A stretch of DNA of 50,463 bases, the filler included, from Sphacelaria rigidula (lineage: Eukaryota), in NCBI GenBank assembly GCA_964200075.2. It is 3 parts of 3 records of this genome, joined end to end, with 100 filler letters (N's around TTAATTAATTAA, not from the genome) between each part and the next. Parts side by side here need not be neighbours in the genome. Positions count along the whole stretch, not along the records: positions 1 to 16,755 come from CAXNAA020001261.1; positions 16,856 to 33,609 come from CAXNAA020001262.1; 1 more part is not named here. The stretch is one strand, 5' to 3'. This document shows positions 11,001 through 22,500 of the stretch, piece by piece (the stretch's first letter is position 1; each line of letters begins with the position of its first letter). Below the pieces are notes generated by a model. That model had not been told where the DNA came from. It ran no database searches and was given only the letters and a program-made list of their open reading frames with translations. The translations under genes were made by a program, and so were the position numbers.

Positions 11001-14000
11001 AAGCACTTTCCACAGGAGCGTGGGGGTCTACGGAATCGTAGGATTTCCGCAGGTCCATGAAACGCATGGTTAGTGGGACATCGCTCGCCCGTCCCAATCC
11101 CTACAGTCGGCGTACTACGAACATCACATCGGTGGTCGCTCCTCGGCGCCGAAATCGGGGCTGCTCTGCCGGGAAAATACCTCTTTCCTCACAGAAATCA
11201 CCGAGCCACTTGGCTACGATTTTGAGGAGAACTTCAGCGGCATGTGCCACGAGTGAAATGCTCCTGTAGTGCCACACTCGGTCGTATCCCTACTCTTGTG
11301 TAGCACTTTGATGGTGACATCTTTCCACTCCCGCAGCACCTTGCCAGGCGCCCAGGCCGCAGAGACAGTGCTGCGGGAGTGATACAGAATCTCAGAAGCC
11401 TCCCAGCTCAGTCCAAGCTTCAGGAGTTCGGCAGGTCGCTCTGCCCTTCGACATAAATCTCAGAGCCTTCTTAGTTTCTCTTGGGCTTGGCGGGTCTCCG
11501 AGTGACAGCGCTACCGTTCGTTGCGCAACGTGCTCGATGACGGCTCGGTCAATGGTTGCCGATATAGCGTTCAGTAAAGTGGAGAAGTCCCGTTCCCGTC
11601 TTTAACTGAGTGATCCTCCGTCTCGTAGTGTTTTCCCGTGCTCATCTCAGATGTACTGCTCGCTTCGTGTTTGTCGTCCCGACAGTCTCCACCCTCCTTT
11701 AAGATGTTCATACCATCTTCTCATGTCCCCAACTCGAACATACTCCTCCATCTCTCGAGCATATACACCCGAGTACCTGTCCACACCCAACGTGGATCCC
11801 CTCTGTGGCCTGCTCGCAATGTGCACCATGCGGGTCTGTCTCTCGATGGCCTCAGTCGCATCATCGATCTCGCCACCTCCCTTTCATTCCAGGCCAGTTC
11901 GAACTCCGTTCGGATGGCAACATCCTCAGCAACCACTCCGGTATACGTAGCTTTCGGGTCAAACGGGGTACCATTTTTTCAGCAGCCCTCGGGAGTACGC
12001 CGACAGAGTCCGCGCACAGCCAGTGTACTGACTGTATCGCCAAGTCTACTCTACATGAGCTCTGTGATGGCGACCGTTGAGTTACGCACGTCTATCGGTG
12101 TCAGATATCGTTGCCCGCCTGTCGATCGGCTTGCGCCCAATTGGGATTCGTCTGGGTCTGTTGTGTGCGAAGCGACGGAGGAGCCGTACTGAGGCGCAAA
12201 CGATGTTGTGGTCAGAGTCCGGCGAGTTGGGAAGTTGAAGGTAGACGATTACATTGCGATTAAGCTTGCGGCGATTTTCCCGTGGGAGCATGTAATCAGC
12301 GCTGTTTGAATCGGCGGGACGGTTCGCAATACCGTTCAACGTACGCGATGTGCTTCTCTTGGGGATGGAAAAAAGATGTCGACCAGGAAAAGCCTGTTGT
12401 CACCCGCAAGTTGTAGCAGAGAGGGGCCGTCATTGTCGAAGGAAATCCCGGCCGTATGGTTCTACTATCGTACAATCCTCTTCGTCTGTCCGTACCCCAG
12501 TCCTAGCGTCAGTGTCCATTATGATAACAGGTGGTGTTTGCTCGGGACTCGGTTCGCAACGCTGTCCAACTCAGTCCAGCAAATATCTCTCTCCTTCTCT
12601 TCACTTTGATGTGTCTGTCGGGGGATCGGCAAGTACAAACGTAGGGACCTTCGATTTGCCCGCGTAGTTGAAAGTCATCGACACGAGACTGTCCCTGATA
12701 AGTGCCTGAGTTCACGTCGCCTTATTAATGTATGACTCCTTGACTGCTAACCCGACTCCATGTTGTCCAGCCCTTCCCTTGCCCCCTTCCGAACCGCAGT
12801 AGACGACACGATATCTCGCTGCAATGAACTCGGTGCGGCCCGCTCTTGTCTTCTGCAGTCCGATTACCTCACATTCCCCCGCTCGACATTTTTGCAAAAC
12901 CACCTCAGCATGGCCAGCTCTGTTCTTTCCAGTCAGGGATAGTGTACAGACGTTGTAGGTTGCCACTTTGATCTCCCCTGTACCCGACCTAGCCCTAGCC
13001 TTCCCTGTATTCACGTCATTCTCTTTGTTCTACCTTCCTTCCCGGTCTGTTTCGCCTTCTCAACTTCTCGTGCGAGTATTTGTTTCTGTTCCGATTTTTC
13101 TTTGCCACGTCGGGTATGGTACATGCTTTGAGTGTTGATCTCGCGGGGAGGGTGCAACATTTCCAGGCCTTGTCGGCCGCTAGCTCCAGTCCGCCGAATC
13201 TGGTACTTAGACGTGTCTCATCTCCATCAACGGGTGCTTTCCATGACGGTGTCCCAACGCCGGGTAAAACTCTGCAGCTGCGGGGTTCGGTTTGGATCTC
13301 AGTACAGGGTAAAACCTCGCAGCTGTAGGATAAAGCCCGGAGTTGAGCACTGTCTGCATGACCCACTGCCTAGACAGTGTGTTGCATCACCACTGACATA
13401 CAGACTAGTTCGTAGGTTATGCCACTCCCTCCCACGCGTTGGTTGTGTCGTGGTTGGGGTTAGGTTACACCGATACAACCGTCCCCAGTTGGGCGGCGGT
13501 CGGGGGCAGGCAGGCAGGTGCCCTTGTGCGCGAATTAGTACACCAACCGATGGCAGGATGTTGTAGCAACCTCCGTTGATAGATTGAGTGGCTGGACGAG
13601 TTGAAACGTATCGAGGATTTCTTGGATGCGATAGGACGAGCATGACATCGCTCAATTCCACAGTATATTCCTCTTTTAAGTCCAATGAGGGGTTGATTCT
13701 GATCGATTGTCGCACATGAATTGACCCGCAACCAACCTAGAAGCCATCACAAGACAGACGAACTCGGGGTCTCTCAGCATTTTATAGTAGCAGTATGGCA
13801 CCTTGCCTCTGTAGTACCCATGGTTGAGAGCTCATGCAAATAGGATGGTCCGAAGTAGCTGGGTCTCGTTCTGTCGCCACGGCCTTCCTGTTTCGTGCTG
13901 ACTATGTGTACGTGTACTTTTTGTGCACGGCCCTTTTTCACCTGAACCTATGCTGCAGAGGCCGGCCATTTTTCGTTTTTTTCGCCGTTATTTAATTGTT

Positions 14001-14044
14001 TTCCATAGGGATCGCTTTTCCGTTCCCTTCTCTTTTTTTCGCGT

Positions 14045-14114
<70 letters not shown>

Positions 14115-16252
14115 TTCTTTGTTTTTTGTGTTTGTCCGTTTTTTTTCCTTGTCTTTTTCATCCTACCGTTTTTTTCCTTTTTTATTATTTTTTGGCGAGC
14201 GTCCCCGTTTGATTGATCTTGAGTACGTCGATCGCGTGACCACCGCTGAGTCCCTCGGGAATCATTTAATGTCCGACGATCGAGGCAGGAAAAACGGAAA
14301 CATTCGCTGGAGTAAACCCGAGACGAGAAGAAGTAGAACAAGAACGGAAAAAGAAGGAGTAACTTGAGCAAATAAGGACAAATCTTGTCACGTGACGAGA
14401 AGACGGAAGCATGATGACTACCCTTGAAAAAAACGACGGACGGAACGGGACTGCCACCCACTGAACAAACAGACGAACGGGACGGATGGGATATCCCGAT
14501 TGCCCCCAAAATGGACGGACGGCACGGGACCAATGTCCCGTCTCGTACCGAACCTCACACGACGAACAAACCTTGTCTCGTGAGATTCCCGTCCTGACGG
14601 GGACCGAATACCACGGGGCGAATCTTGTCTCGTGAAATTCGGGTCCCGTCGCCACGAAGATATGTGCATGCACGAATCGAAAGGAACGCAGTTACACCGA
14701 ACCATTTGCAGCACCAATTCTCTACGTTCACCGAACGAACGTTCAGTGGCTTTCACATAGGATAAGTGTCAATTGCACTTGCATTTAACCCGAAAACAAG
14801 AGCGACCAGCGACGCAGCAGCAGCTTCCATATGGAGTATCGAAGCTAACGTCGCATACATATAGTTGGTCAGCATCATGTCTATCTATGTTGAAGATGAG
14901 GCACGGAATAATCATTTTCCTTGTGGATGCACGGGTTTTGTGAAACATGGGCTCTCCGCCAGGATCTTCGAAGACGCCATTGACAGCAACTATTGCCGTC
15001 ACCACCAAACGACCGAGTGTCGTCGCGACTCGCTTGGCTTCTGCAAGTAGCGAGCTCCATCAACCCTAAGAAACCCAGTTGGCCTCCCTTCTTCGTCAAA
15101 AACTCTACGGTCTTGGAGGTGTAATGATGCGTACGCTCGTGAGAGCTCATGGACCACTACTGTACTGTAGTGATTGCCCTGCACTGTCCAGCTACTGCAC
15201 GGTGTGTATCTACTGTCTGCACAGATTCTGCATGTCAGATTTCAGAACGCATCTTCAGTTTCATGTCTCGAATATTCAAGGTCTCCAATATCCCGTCGGA
15301 GTATGGTGGGGGGTCCCGTACAATATAGTGGGCTGTCCCGTGAGATATGACTAGACGTAGTCCTTGCTGTTCCGTGAAATTTGAGAGGGAACGGGACATT
15401 TGGTAAACGTGTACGGAAGGGACGAACAGGATATACCGCCGTCCCCAAAATGGATGGACAGGACGGGACGTTTCTCGTTGTGCACGGAAGCGACGGGACG
15501 AGATGGAATATCCTGTCCCGTCCGTCGTCCCGTGATATTTCCGTCCCGTGACAAGCCCTGAAAATGAAGCAAAAACTAAACTAAACGAAGAAGGAGAAAA
15601 CAAAAGGACAAAACTAATGAGTGATATCGATTCCAGGAAAAACCCGGACATGCCTCACCTAGGAGTTCAGGTGCGGGGTTGGTGGGAAAATAGCATTCGC
15701 GGTGGAAGCAGGTTGTGACTCGGCTATCTGGGAACTGCACTATTTGGGGACGAGCTCCGCGAGTTGCATGCACCACGTATTTGCAATCTAGTCGATTGGA
15801 AACCCAGGTGAAATTGTTGGCATGACGTTTTCTCCAACCCGTTGCAAGCAAGTTCTCTCGTCGTTTTTCGCACATGCTGACCCACCCCGCTGATGTATAA
15901 TCTCGAGAACGTGAACAGAGGTGAGGATCAGCATTTGTATCCGGGGTGGGCAATCTTCTCCATAGATTCGGACAGGCAGCACTGCCGCGGTTAGTGTTCA
16001 TAGTTTCAAACGGGCGGTAACTAGCTGTTTCACCATTTTTTTCAAAGTCCTCTGTGCCTACCCGCGGCTGCTTGTGTCACTCTTTCCCCTGTTATTACGA
16101 ACAGGTTACTGAGAGGGGAGACACGTGGGACCGAAAGCAACCGCGGAAACCGATAGAAATCTACGAGTTCGAGGGGTGTCCGTTCTGTCGCAAGGTTCGG
16201 GAGGCCGTCAACATCCTCGACCTCGATGTGGTTTTCTACCCCTGCCCACGAG
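5002..16252 (+). CDS. Plastid-targeted GST N-terminal/thioredoxin-fold protein (CPFC motif; plant chloroplast At5g03880/At4g10000-like family), partial, 3' exons beyond the scaffold end
   Basis: Exons 5002-5296 (ends phase 1), 6188-6255 (phase 0) and 16105-16252 join in frame: ...LLFRLGSGALVDGYK-FRVSKEEEGDEGEYAVLRAFGFK-VTERGDTWDRKQPRKPIEIYEFEGCPFCRKVREAVNILDLDVVFYPCPR. The N-terminus is a signal peptide ending NVLA|FHNP followed by an S/R/A-rich transit peptide. Confidence 0.9.
5602..5860. mobile_element. 259-bp MITE with 8-bp TSD (hAT- or P-type), copy 1
   Basis: Imperfect TIR cacggttaggac / caagggtcggac (reverse complement). Flanks cagcagtt (5594-5601) and caggagtt (5861-5868). A close inverted copy lies at 41778-42021. 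Confidence 0.85.
6325..6480 (+). repeat. Dispersed repeat: conserved head AGCCGTGGTCA..GAT...GAGAT followed by a purine/A-rich tail (copy 1)
   Basis: The same head motif occurs on the minus strand at about 14205-14255 and 25545-25590, each followed by an A-rich tail. Confidence 0.5.
7200..8265 (-). mobile_element. Degenerate RTE-clade LINE, 3' part (RT catalytic and C-terminal region)
   Basis: GMRYADDAG...ELVVSKSKTESM...KFVYLG, then SIEINRRIGAMW and IETIIRKRQLLFAGAILR in shifted frames. The 3' boundary is approximate. Confidence 0.85.
8266..10702. mobile_element. 2.4-kb non-autonomous TIR element (Mutator-like by TSD length) inserted in the LINE RT domain
   Basis: TIR about 41 bp: agtagagttcaccagcgttgggcaacaaatgctcatggttg (8266-8306) vs reverse complement of the right end aggctagtttgccggtgttgggctacaaatgtccatggttg (10662-10702). 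10-bp TSD cacaccgcgc / tacaccccgc. The LINE coding sequence resumes across it. Confidence 0.75.
8569..8833. repeat. Foldback/MITE-like inverted repeat nested in the 2.4-kb element
   Basis: 35-bp arms gcgccgcccaatatttagagttggagcgtaaaatt (8569-8603) and its near-perfect reverse complement (8799-8833). Confidence 0.75.
10703..13600 (-). mobile_element. Degenerate RTE-clade LINE, 5' part (APE endonuclease and RT N-terminal region)
   Basis: KVATYNVCTL...EVIGLQKTR...GQHGVGLAVKES (APE), SDHNIV, MRFMDLRKSYDSV, LARFGVSPRKITIIRMFHDGMRARVQ and QGLRQGCV, with many frameshifts and stops. The 5' boundary is approximate. Confidence 0.9.
13990..14255 (-). repeat. Dispersed repeat (copy 2) with a ~68-nt pure poly(A) run in its tail
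   Basis: Minus-strand head agcggtggtcacgcgatcgacgtactcaagatcaatcaaacgg; poly-T at 14046-14113 on the plus strand. Confidence 0.55.
14425..15555. repeat. Two degenerate copies (~14425-14655 and ~15290-15555) of a CGGGA/TCCCG-rich repeat, probably MITE remnants
   Basis: Shared ccccaaaatgga(c/t)ggac...acgggac and many cgggac/gtcccg units in both orientations. Confidence 0.6.
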
Positions 16253-16755
16253 GTGAGAACGCACACCACTGCGATAGAGCAGCACTGGAGGCTGAGCTGC
16301 GTGTTGCACAAACTTTCGATGTGCCATACGCCACTTTTGGAGTGTGCATATCTCGGCCCCGAACCCCCCTGTACGGGATAAAACAGTGGATCCTGGAAAA
16401 TGGGGTCCATCTCAAAAAAGAGGTTCGAGTGGCATTTCTTTTCCGCAGGGATGGCGCGAAACACGTGCGACCGAGCGAAGCCAGCTTTCCCCCCCAGATG
16501 TCCGCAGCAGTTAAGCAGCTATGGCAAGGTGCACCTAACGAATGCGGTGTACACTCGTGTCGATGACGATATCACCAGAGAGAGAAGCAACGACAGAGAG
16601 GAAGCTCCTCACCCGTGTCCTTTGTGTGCCCTCGCTCTGCGATTACCAAATTCTCGAGAGACTGGCATAATCGATGTTACCAGCATGTGCTACTACTGTT
16701 CTCTGTCACACACATGCCAGCAAGGGCGTTGGTGCGGCAATAACAAATATATTCA

Positions 16756-16855
16756 NNNNNNNNNNNNNNNNNNNNNNNNNNNNNNNNNNNNNNNNNNNNT
16801 TAATTAATTAANNNNNNNNNNNNNNNNNNNNNNNNNNNNNNNNNNNNNNNNNNNN
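16756..16855. other. Artificial scaffold-joining linker N44-TTAATTAATTAA-N44
   Basis: Exactly 100 bp; the central 12-mer has stops in all six frames; identical to 33610-33709. Confidence 0.97.
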
Positions 16856-17672
16856 ATATTCCGCCCTCAACGAAAACAAGCCGCCTGCTCGGCTCTTCTC
16901 CTCTGCAAGGTCCTCTTCGAAGTTGACCTCTTGACGCTGCCAGCTGTCCTCTCCAGCGTTCATGGCCAATCCAACCGCCCATCCTCTCCGGTATCCATGA
17001 TCCCCACACAGTGCCCCCTCTGCTTTCTTCCGCGATGCAATACTTCCTCCTTCATTACGCACTCTGGTTCAGGTCTGTGGAAAGTTTCTCGTCCAGGAGG
17101 CTCAACCAGACCTAACCCGTCCGTCGACGAACGCTCCTCCTCCATCCTTGTCGCCGATCACAGCCTACACACCGGCACACGCTCCTTTGTATCAAAAGTG
17201 TGAATGCCAGCTGTCGACAGCGATGTCAACTGCCTCCGCGCACACACCGTATATTGATTAGTATCCCAACATGCCCACACCCAGGGTGTAGACACATTAC
17301 ACTGCTTGTTGCCCAGGATATGCCAGCACTCAGGGTGTTGATATATTACACTGCTGGATTAGAACAGGGTTGGGCGTGCCTGATGAGCACCGCGCTGACC
17401 CAACTCTAGCACCACACGACGGCCTGGGCCAAGGGTGGTAGTGAGAATCACTCCTTGAAGGTGATTCTGGCCCTACACCCGCCGAAAAGACCCTCCGCGC
17501 GCCGTACCGACAAGACCGGTCATGGCCTTCGTCGGAGGACGGGGAACGGAGATAATATCGGGTACAGTTACATTTTCAGGACTATTCCTCATTCCAAGAT
17601 ATCCCAAGATTCCTCCAAACTGTGAACGAGCCCGTCTGTTCCTCTCACCATCATACGAATTTGCTGCACACG

Positions 17673-18138
17673 TATAACACTATATTCGTGAGATTCAGAA
17701 CGTCGTTTCCGATTCAGATTAGATGCTCCAGCGTTCTCAACAGGGCCCTTTTTTTTCATGCTAGAGCCCACGTCCTTTGCATGCAGCTAGCATACAGTAC
17801 CCCATTCGAGGAATTCGGCGGTCTGGTTGATGAGATTACCGCACAAAGCATTTTCACGCCTGGGAGTCATTTCGGAACTAAAACTGTTTCAGGCATTAAT
17901 CGTTTTTTTTAGAAAGGGGATTTTTTGTTGCAATGAACTGACTGACTACGTCGTTGAGATCAAGTGATGTGTCAAATTGATAACGTAGGTGACAGCTTCC
18001 GTTGAAGCCACCGCTTCACCAGCTGGGCGCATTTCTCCTCGAATTGTGGCGATCTCAACATCGACGGGAAAGTCGATTGTTTCGGGTCTGACTCTGAATC
18101 TGAAACTACGTTTTGAATCTCACGAATATAGTGTTGTA
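17673..18138. repeat. Inverted repeat pair, 46-bp arms
   Basis: tataacactatattcgtgagattcagaacgtcgtttccgattcaga (17673-17718) vs reverse complement of 18093-18138, four mismatches. Confidence 0.8.
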
Positions 18139-18179
18139 TGGTCCGTGACCACAGGTTCACGAGATCGGACTCATGTGCG

Positions 18180-18237
18180 GAAATAATAGAAATAATAGAA
18201 ATAATAGAAATAATAGAAATAATAATAATAATAATAA
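18180..18237. repeat. (AAATAATAG)n grading into (AAT)n microsatellite
   Basis: Four 9-bp units followed by AAT units. Confidence 0.9.
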
Positions 18238-18315
18238 ATGGGCTTGGAAACTCTCGACGAGACCGGCTCTCCAGAGTCGGGACTAATTCGTATGAGATGG
18301 GGTGCCGCACCACTG

Positions 18316-18866
18316 TAGGCCCTGACTTCCAGGGCACGGCGAAGGGAAGTTACAGGCAAACCGTCCCAGGCACGCCTCAGGCAAGATACTTAGCCTCAGG
18401 CAACTGTTAAGGCATGCCCTATCCCGTATTCATGCCTGAGATGCTCTAGTTTATAGCTCGGGATGCCCGTGACTTGCCTTAGACTTGCCTTAGACAAACT
18501 CTCCGATTACCCAAATAAATGGAGTGGGCGTTGTCACAAGCTCGACTCATAGCCATCAAAGCTCGACTCATAGCTATTATTTTTACGGTATATTGTGTTT
18601 GCCTTTGTCGAAGAAGGCATAAAACACCTCATCAGGCAACCCCTTTAAGAAAAGGGGCTTCAAGGCAAAAAGTAAAACCCCGGTATCCCGACTTATTGGA
18701 GTTGACGTCGTCATTCGAGTGCCTTACTTCCATTCTTTGTTGTAGCATTTGTGTTTCCCTCGCCCTGACGAGGCATCCCAGGCGCCATGACCCCCTCTCA
18801 GGCAACCCCTTTCTGAAAAGGGGCTCTGGGGCAAAAAGTAAGGCATGCCTTGGAAGTCAGGACCTA
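18316..18866. mobile_element. 551-bp hAT-type MITE
   Basis: 21-bp TIR taggccctgacttccagggca / taggtcctgacttccaaggca (reverse complement). Perfect 8-bp TSD caccactg (18308-18315 and 18867-18874). Many subterminal AGGCA/TGCCT motifs. Confidence 0.92.
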
Positions 18867-19526
18867 CACCACTGTAACGGTTTAATTCGTCACTGAATTT
18901 GAGGTCGGGTCATATTTCTTGGAGGAAAGTCGACTATAAATACGACACGAACCGAGGGCAATTTTCCGCCTCTCCACATCCTTGTTTCGATGTGAGGTTC
19001 TCGACAAGTACCTCGTGAATCCCATGGTGATTAATTGCCGTGCTTCAAAAAGCTCCAGTTTGTGCACTGGAGCGTCAGCCGCCGAGGCTTTACAGTATAT
19101 CACGTAATACACTTTCTGCACGTTGAACGTTAGGCTCACAATATGGTCATGAAATCGGCGTTTCAAGAGCAGGTTGCACGTGTTGCATGTGGTGCAACAC
19201 CGTCCTTCGACAGTTAAGAAACGACGACCCACAGCAAGAAGCGGCACGTCAAGTACCCGCAACAACCTGGTATGTCATGTCACACCCACGCATGAATGAA
19301 CAATGTACACCTTAAATGAAGACAGGCACGATATGCGTCCTGTTTGGACTCCCGTACGCTTCACCCTGCCATAACATGCTCCAGGTTGTGACAGTCACGA
19401 AGGTGTGCATCAACCTTTCAGGCATTTAGATTTCCATCCAACGATGCGCGGGATCACATCAATAGTTGGCCCTCCATTGTCTTTTTGTGATACGGCAGAT
19501 CATACAAGATTACACCCTACTAGTCT

Positions 19527-22500
19527 CTACTCTGCCCGTGCGCTGCTGGCTGGCGCCTTCAGCACATTTTCGATCCCGTCAGCGATGCTCGCAAGCACAT
19601 CTGAGTCAAAAGAATCAAGACCGTCACCCAACCCCATGACGATGCTCTTCGCCGCGTCCTCGCGGGCTTTGCGCTCATACTCCATCCGCTCGTGGTACTT
19701 CGCAGCAGTCGCCTATTATTCGATCAGCGGAACGGCGCAAGCACGAAATGATAGGGGTTGAGACGAAGTTACTCGCCGACGTTGACGGCGTGGATCTCTC
19801 ATGCCGCTTGCACGGTATCTCAACCTGCCCGAACTTCATCTACGCTGACAACCTCCCCTGGCCACCTCTGGACATCAACTCCAATTTTCTTGCTCGATCC
19901 AGAAACGGGAGCGCCTTCGTAAATGTTGTGCCTGGCCGATGGGCTTCTTCGGTTGTACGACCAAGACAGTCTTGCTCTGATTCTCCGTGTTAAAAGTGCA
20001 GGACTCACCTCCGCCATGTCGTACACCTTCTGCGGGCTTTTGATCATGTCTCCGGGCTCCGGCTCTAATGTCTTGGTGCTAAGCGCGATACGTCCGTTTA
20101 CCTGGAGCAAAGACATGAGTCATGGGAAGATGTTAAGCGCCGTACATGATGAGTAGTCCAGCCAGAGCCGAGTATTTCATATCTCGCAGCCAACGCAGCA
20201 CAGTGTTGCCCAATTGAATGTTCGGTAGTTGATCTGTCACAACTTCGGGAAACATCTTTACCTAGCAATCCGTCATACCTGCATGACACTTTGACCCCCG
20301 GGGTGGTTAAACTGTTGAATAGAGATCATTTTCATTGAAAAATGGATGTAACAGCCGGATGACATACCCTCGCCACCGAAGGGTTGGCAATGAACCAGTC
20401 ATACACCATTTACCGCGGCGCCCCGGTAGTTGAATTGAAATGCTCCGACTGTCACCATTAGGGAGGAAAGAAACACACCCTGGACGATAGGAAACATTGT
20501 GAACAAGTGCACCACGTACAGTATCGACTATTGCGTCTGTTGGAAGATTCAATAGATTTCATACTGTACGCGGTATGTTTGAAAACAAATATTTTGTCCA
20601 GAGTGTGGAAAGAATGTGTTCGATACCCCGTGCATTGGATTTTTCCTCCAAAGCGTCTGATTTCCACAAGCGTGGGTACGCGAGTGTACCAAAAGTAGTT
20701 CGAAGATTATTTTTTTTCGAGAGTCGACGCGGTGGGGGAGCGCTGATAGTCATTAGCCAATTCGCGAGACCAAAATGCAACGTGTGATGCCTTGACCCCT
20801 GAGACTAGTAGACCACGGACTCGTCCCGAGGAAGGGGATAGGTTCAAAGTGTGACAAACCAATACACACACATACACACACACTCCATGAGGTCGCAGGC
20901 TTGTTTGGCCCACATCCCTTCAACACAACGAATGAATTCTATCCGCCAAGACGGTGAAAATGCGGACCAACATGCAACAAGTACCTTGTCGTGGTCGATG
21001 ATCATACACTTGAGCGGCATGTCTATCTCCAGGATAGACGGGAGGTCCTCGATACGGTCGAATGAGATCTGCGAGATGTGCAGCAACCCAGACATTCCAC
21101 GGATCTCCACGAAGGCACCGTACGGCTTGATTGCCTTGACGTACCTGCCAAGTTCAACAAATGCGAAGGAGCAGGGCGGGCAATGAGATTCATCATCGGG
21201 TCGGGTACCAGCTCACGCCAGTCCCTGGCAAGTTTTTGCCCTGGATTGCTTCCAAGGCAGGGAACAGACTACAGCAGCACATTTGGAGCCACGGCACCCC
21301 AATCAACACAAAGCTCCGACGAACTGAATTGCCCCATGAACTTTAATTTTGGTGATTTTCTTTCCAGGTAAGTTGACAGACAAACTCTAGAGTCGAACAG
21401 CACAGATCACGGGCGCCTTTTTTTGCTGCATAATCTCGAAAACGGAACATCCTTGTTCATAGTGCGCTCGGAGTTCCATTGAACTAACTCTACACGCGCT
21501 GCACATGTCGGTCAGCTTGACGCTGAGTCCTTCTTTGACCAACCACTATCGCCGATTAACCTCAGTACTTACAGTCGACGGTGCAAAAGATGAAACCCAC
21601 GCTGGGACAAAACTCCGAGAGCTGGCCTATCCGACTAGGAGCTGCACACGACGCTAGTCAAGCACACGCATCGTGATTCTTACCCCTCCACGACGTCCCC
21701 TCGGGATAGCTCCTTCATCTCTTGTTCCAGTATCGCTCGGCGGTTGGACACGACGAGCTTGTTGGTCTCGGGGCTCACCTTGTTTTCAAATGTTTTCAAA
21801 CGTGGAAGATCTCAGCAACATGTTGATCATTTAATTTCCTCGACCAACGACAGTGTGCACGTACGACTCCCTGCTGCCATCCGACATCAAAATGCACAGT
21901 GAGCAAAGCAAGTTGGTCAGCTGTCACCCTACACGTCGGGTTTGAGTCCAAAATGATTGCGATGAGGCAGCAGGGCGAGCCCTATCATGGCGCAACTGAT
22001 CGTTCCGCATCAGCTAGGAACATATCACGTTGGCCCCTCATGGGTGACATGACACATGTCTGCAGACCAACCAACGGGTGTGGGCATGCGCGGTGGAATA
22101 TTAGGGCGCCTGGAATCAACACAAGACATGAGCTCCACCATGGGATCTGCAGGAATTGTTATGAAGTAAACGTCAGTGTACCAGGTTGATCATACGCCAG
22201 TCAAGTTGACATATACCAGTACGTCCCCTGGTGCATTTGTGCACGGTATTCACAAGAGTATTACAAGATTAGCAACATACCACGCGTGGCGCTGATTTAC
22301 TCGATGCGCTGCGTTTCACGATGGGAGCTTGTCAAGTACAGTCGAGCTTACTCGCCGCGCAAAAGCTTCGGGTAAAAAATCACCTCGAGGAACTTGAACT
22401 GCATGACCTTCCCGATCACGTCGTCCGTCGGAAGGCCACCGCACACGTGCGACCCCGGTAGGAACGCTCGCAGTCCCTGCGCAACGATATCAACATCCGA

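Noticed and set aside
13923..14533. Poly-Phe and poly-Lys ORFs
   Set aside because: Artefacts of the poly-T run.
16449..16528. Possible fourth GST-N exon
   Set aside because: The translation shows no similarity to the expected family continuation (GGK.QFP..VDPNT).
16800..16811. TTAATTAATTAA palindrome as a biological site
   Set aside because: It is centred in N runs and repeated identically at 33654, so it is an assembly linker.
17375..17410. CTGATGA as a hammerhead ribozyme core
   Set aside because: No GAAA after a plausible stem II, and no supporting stems I and III.
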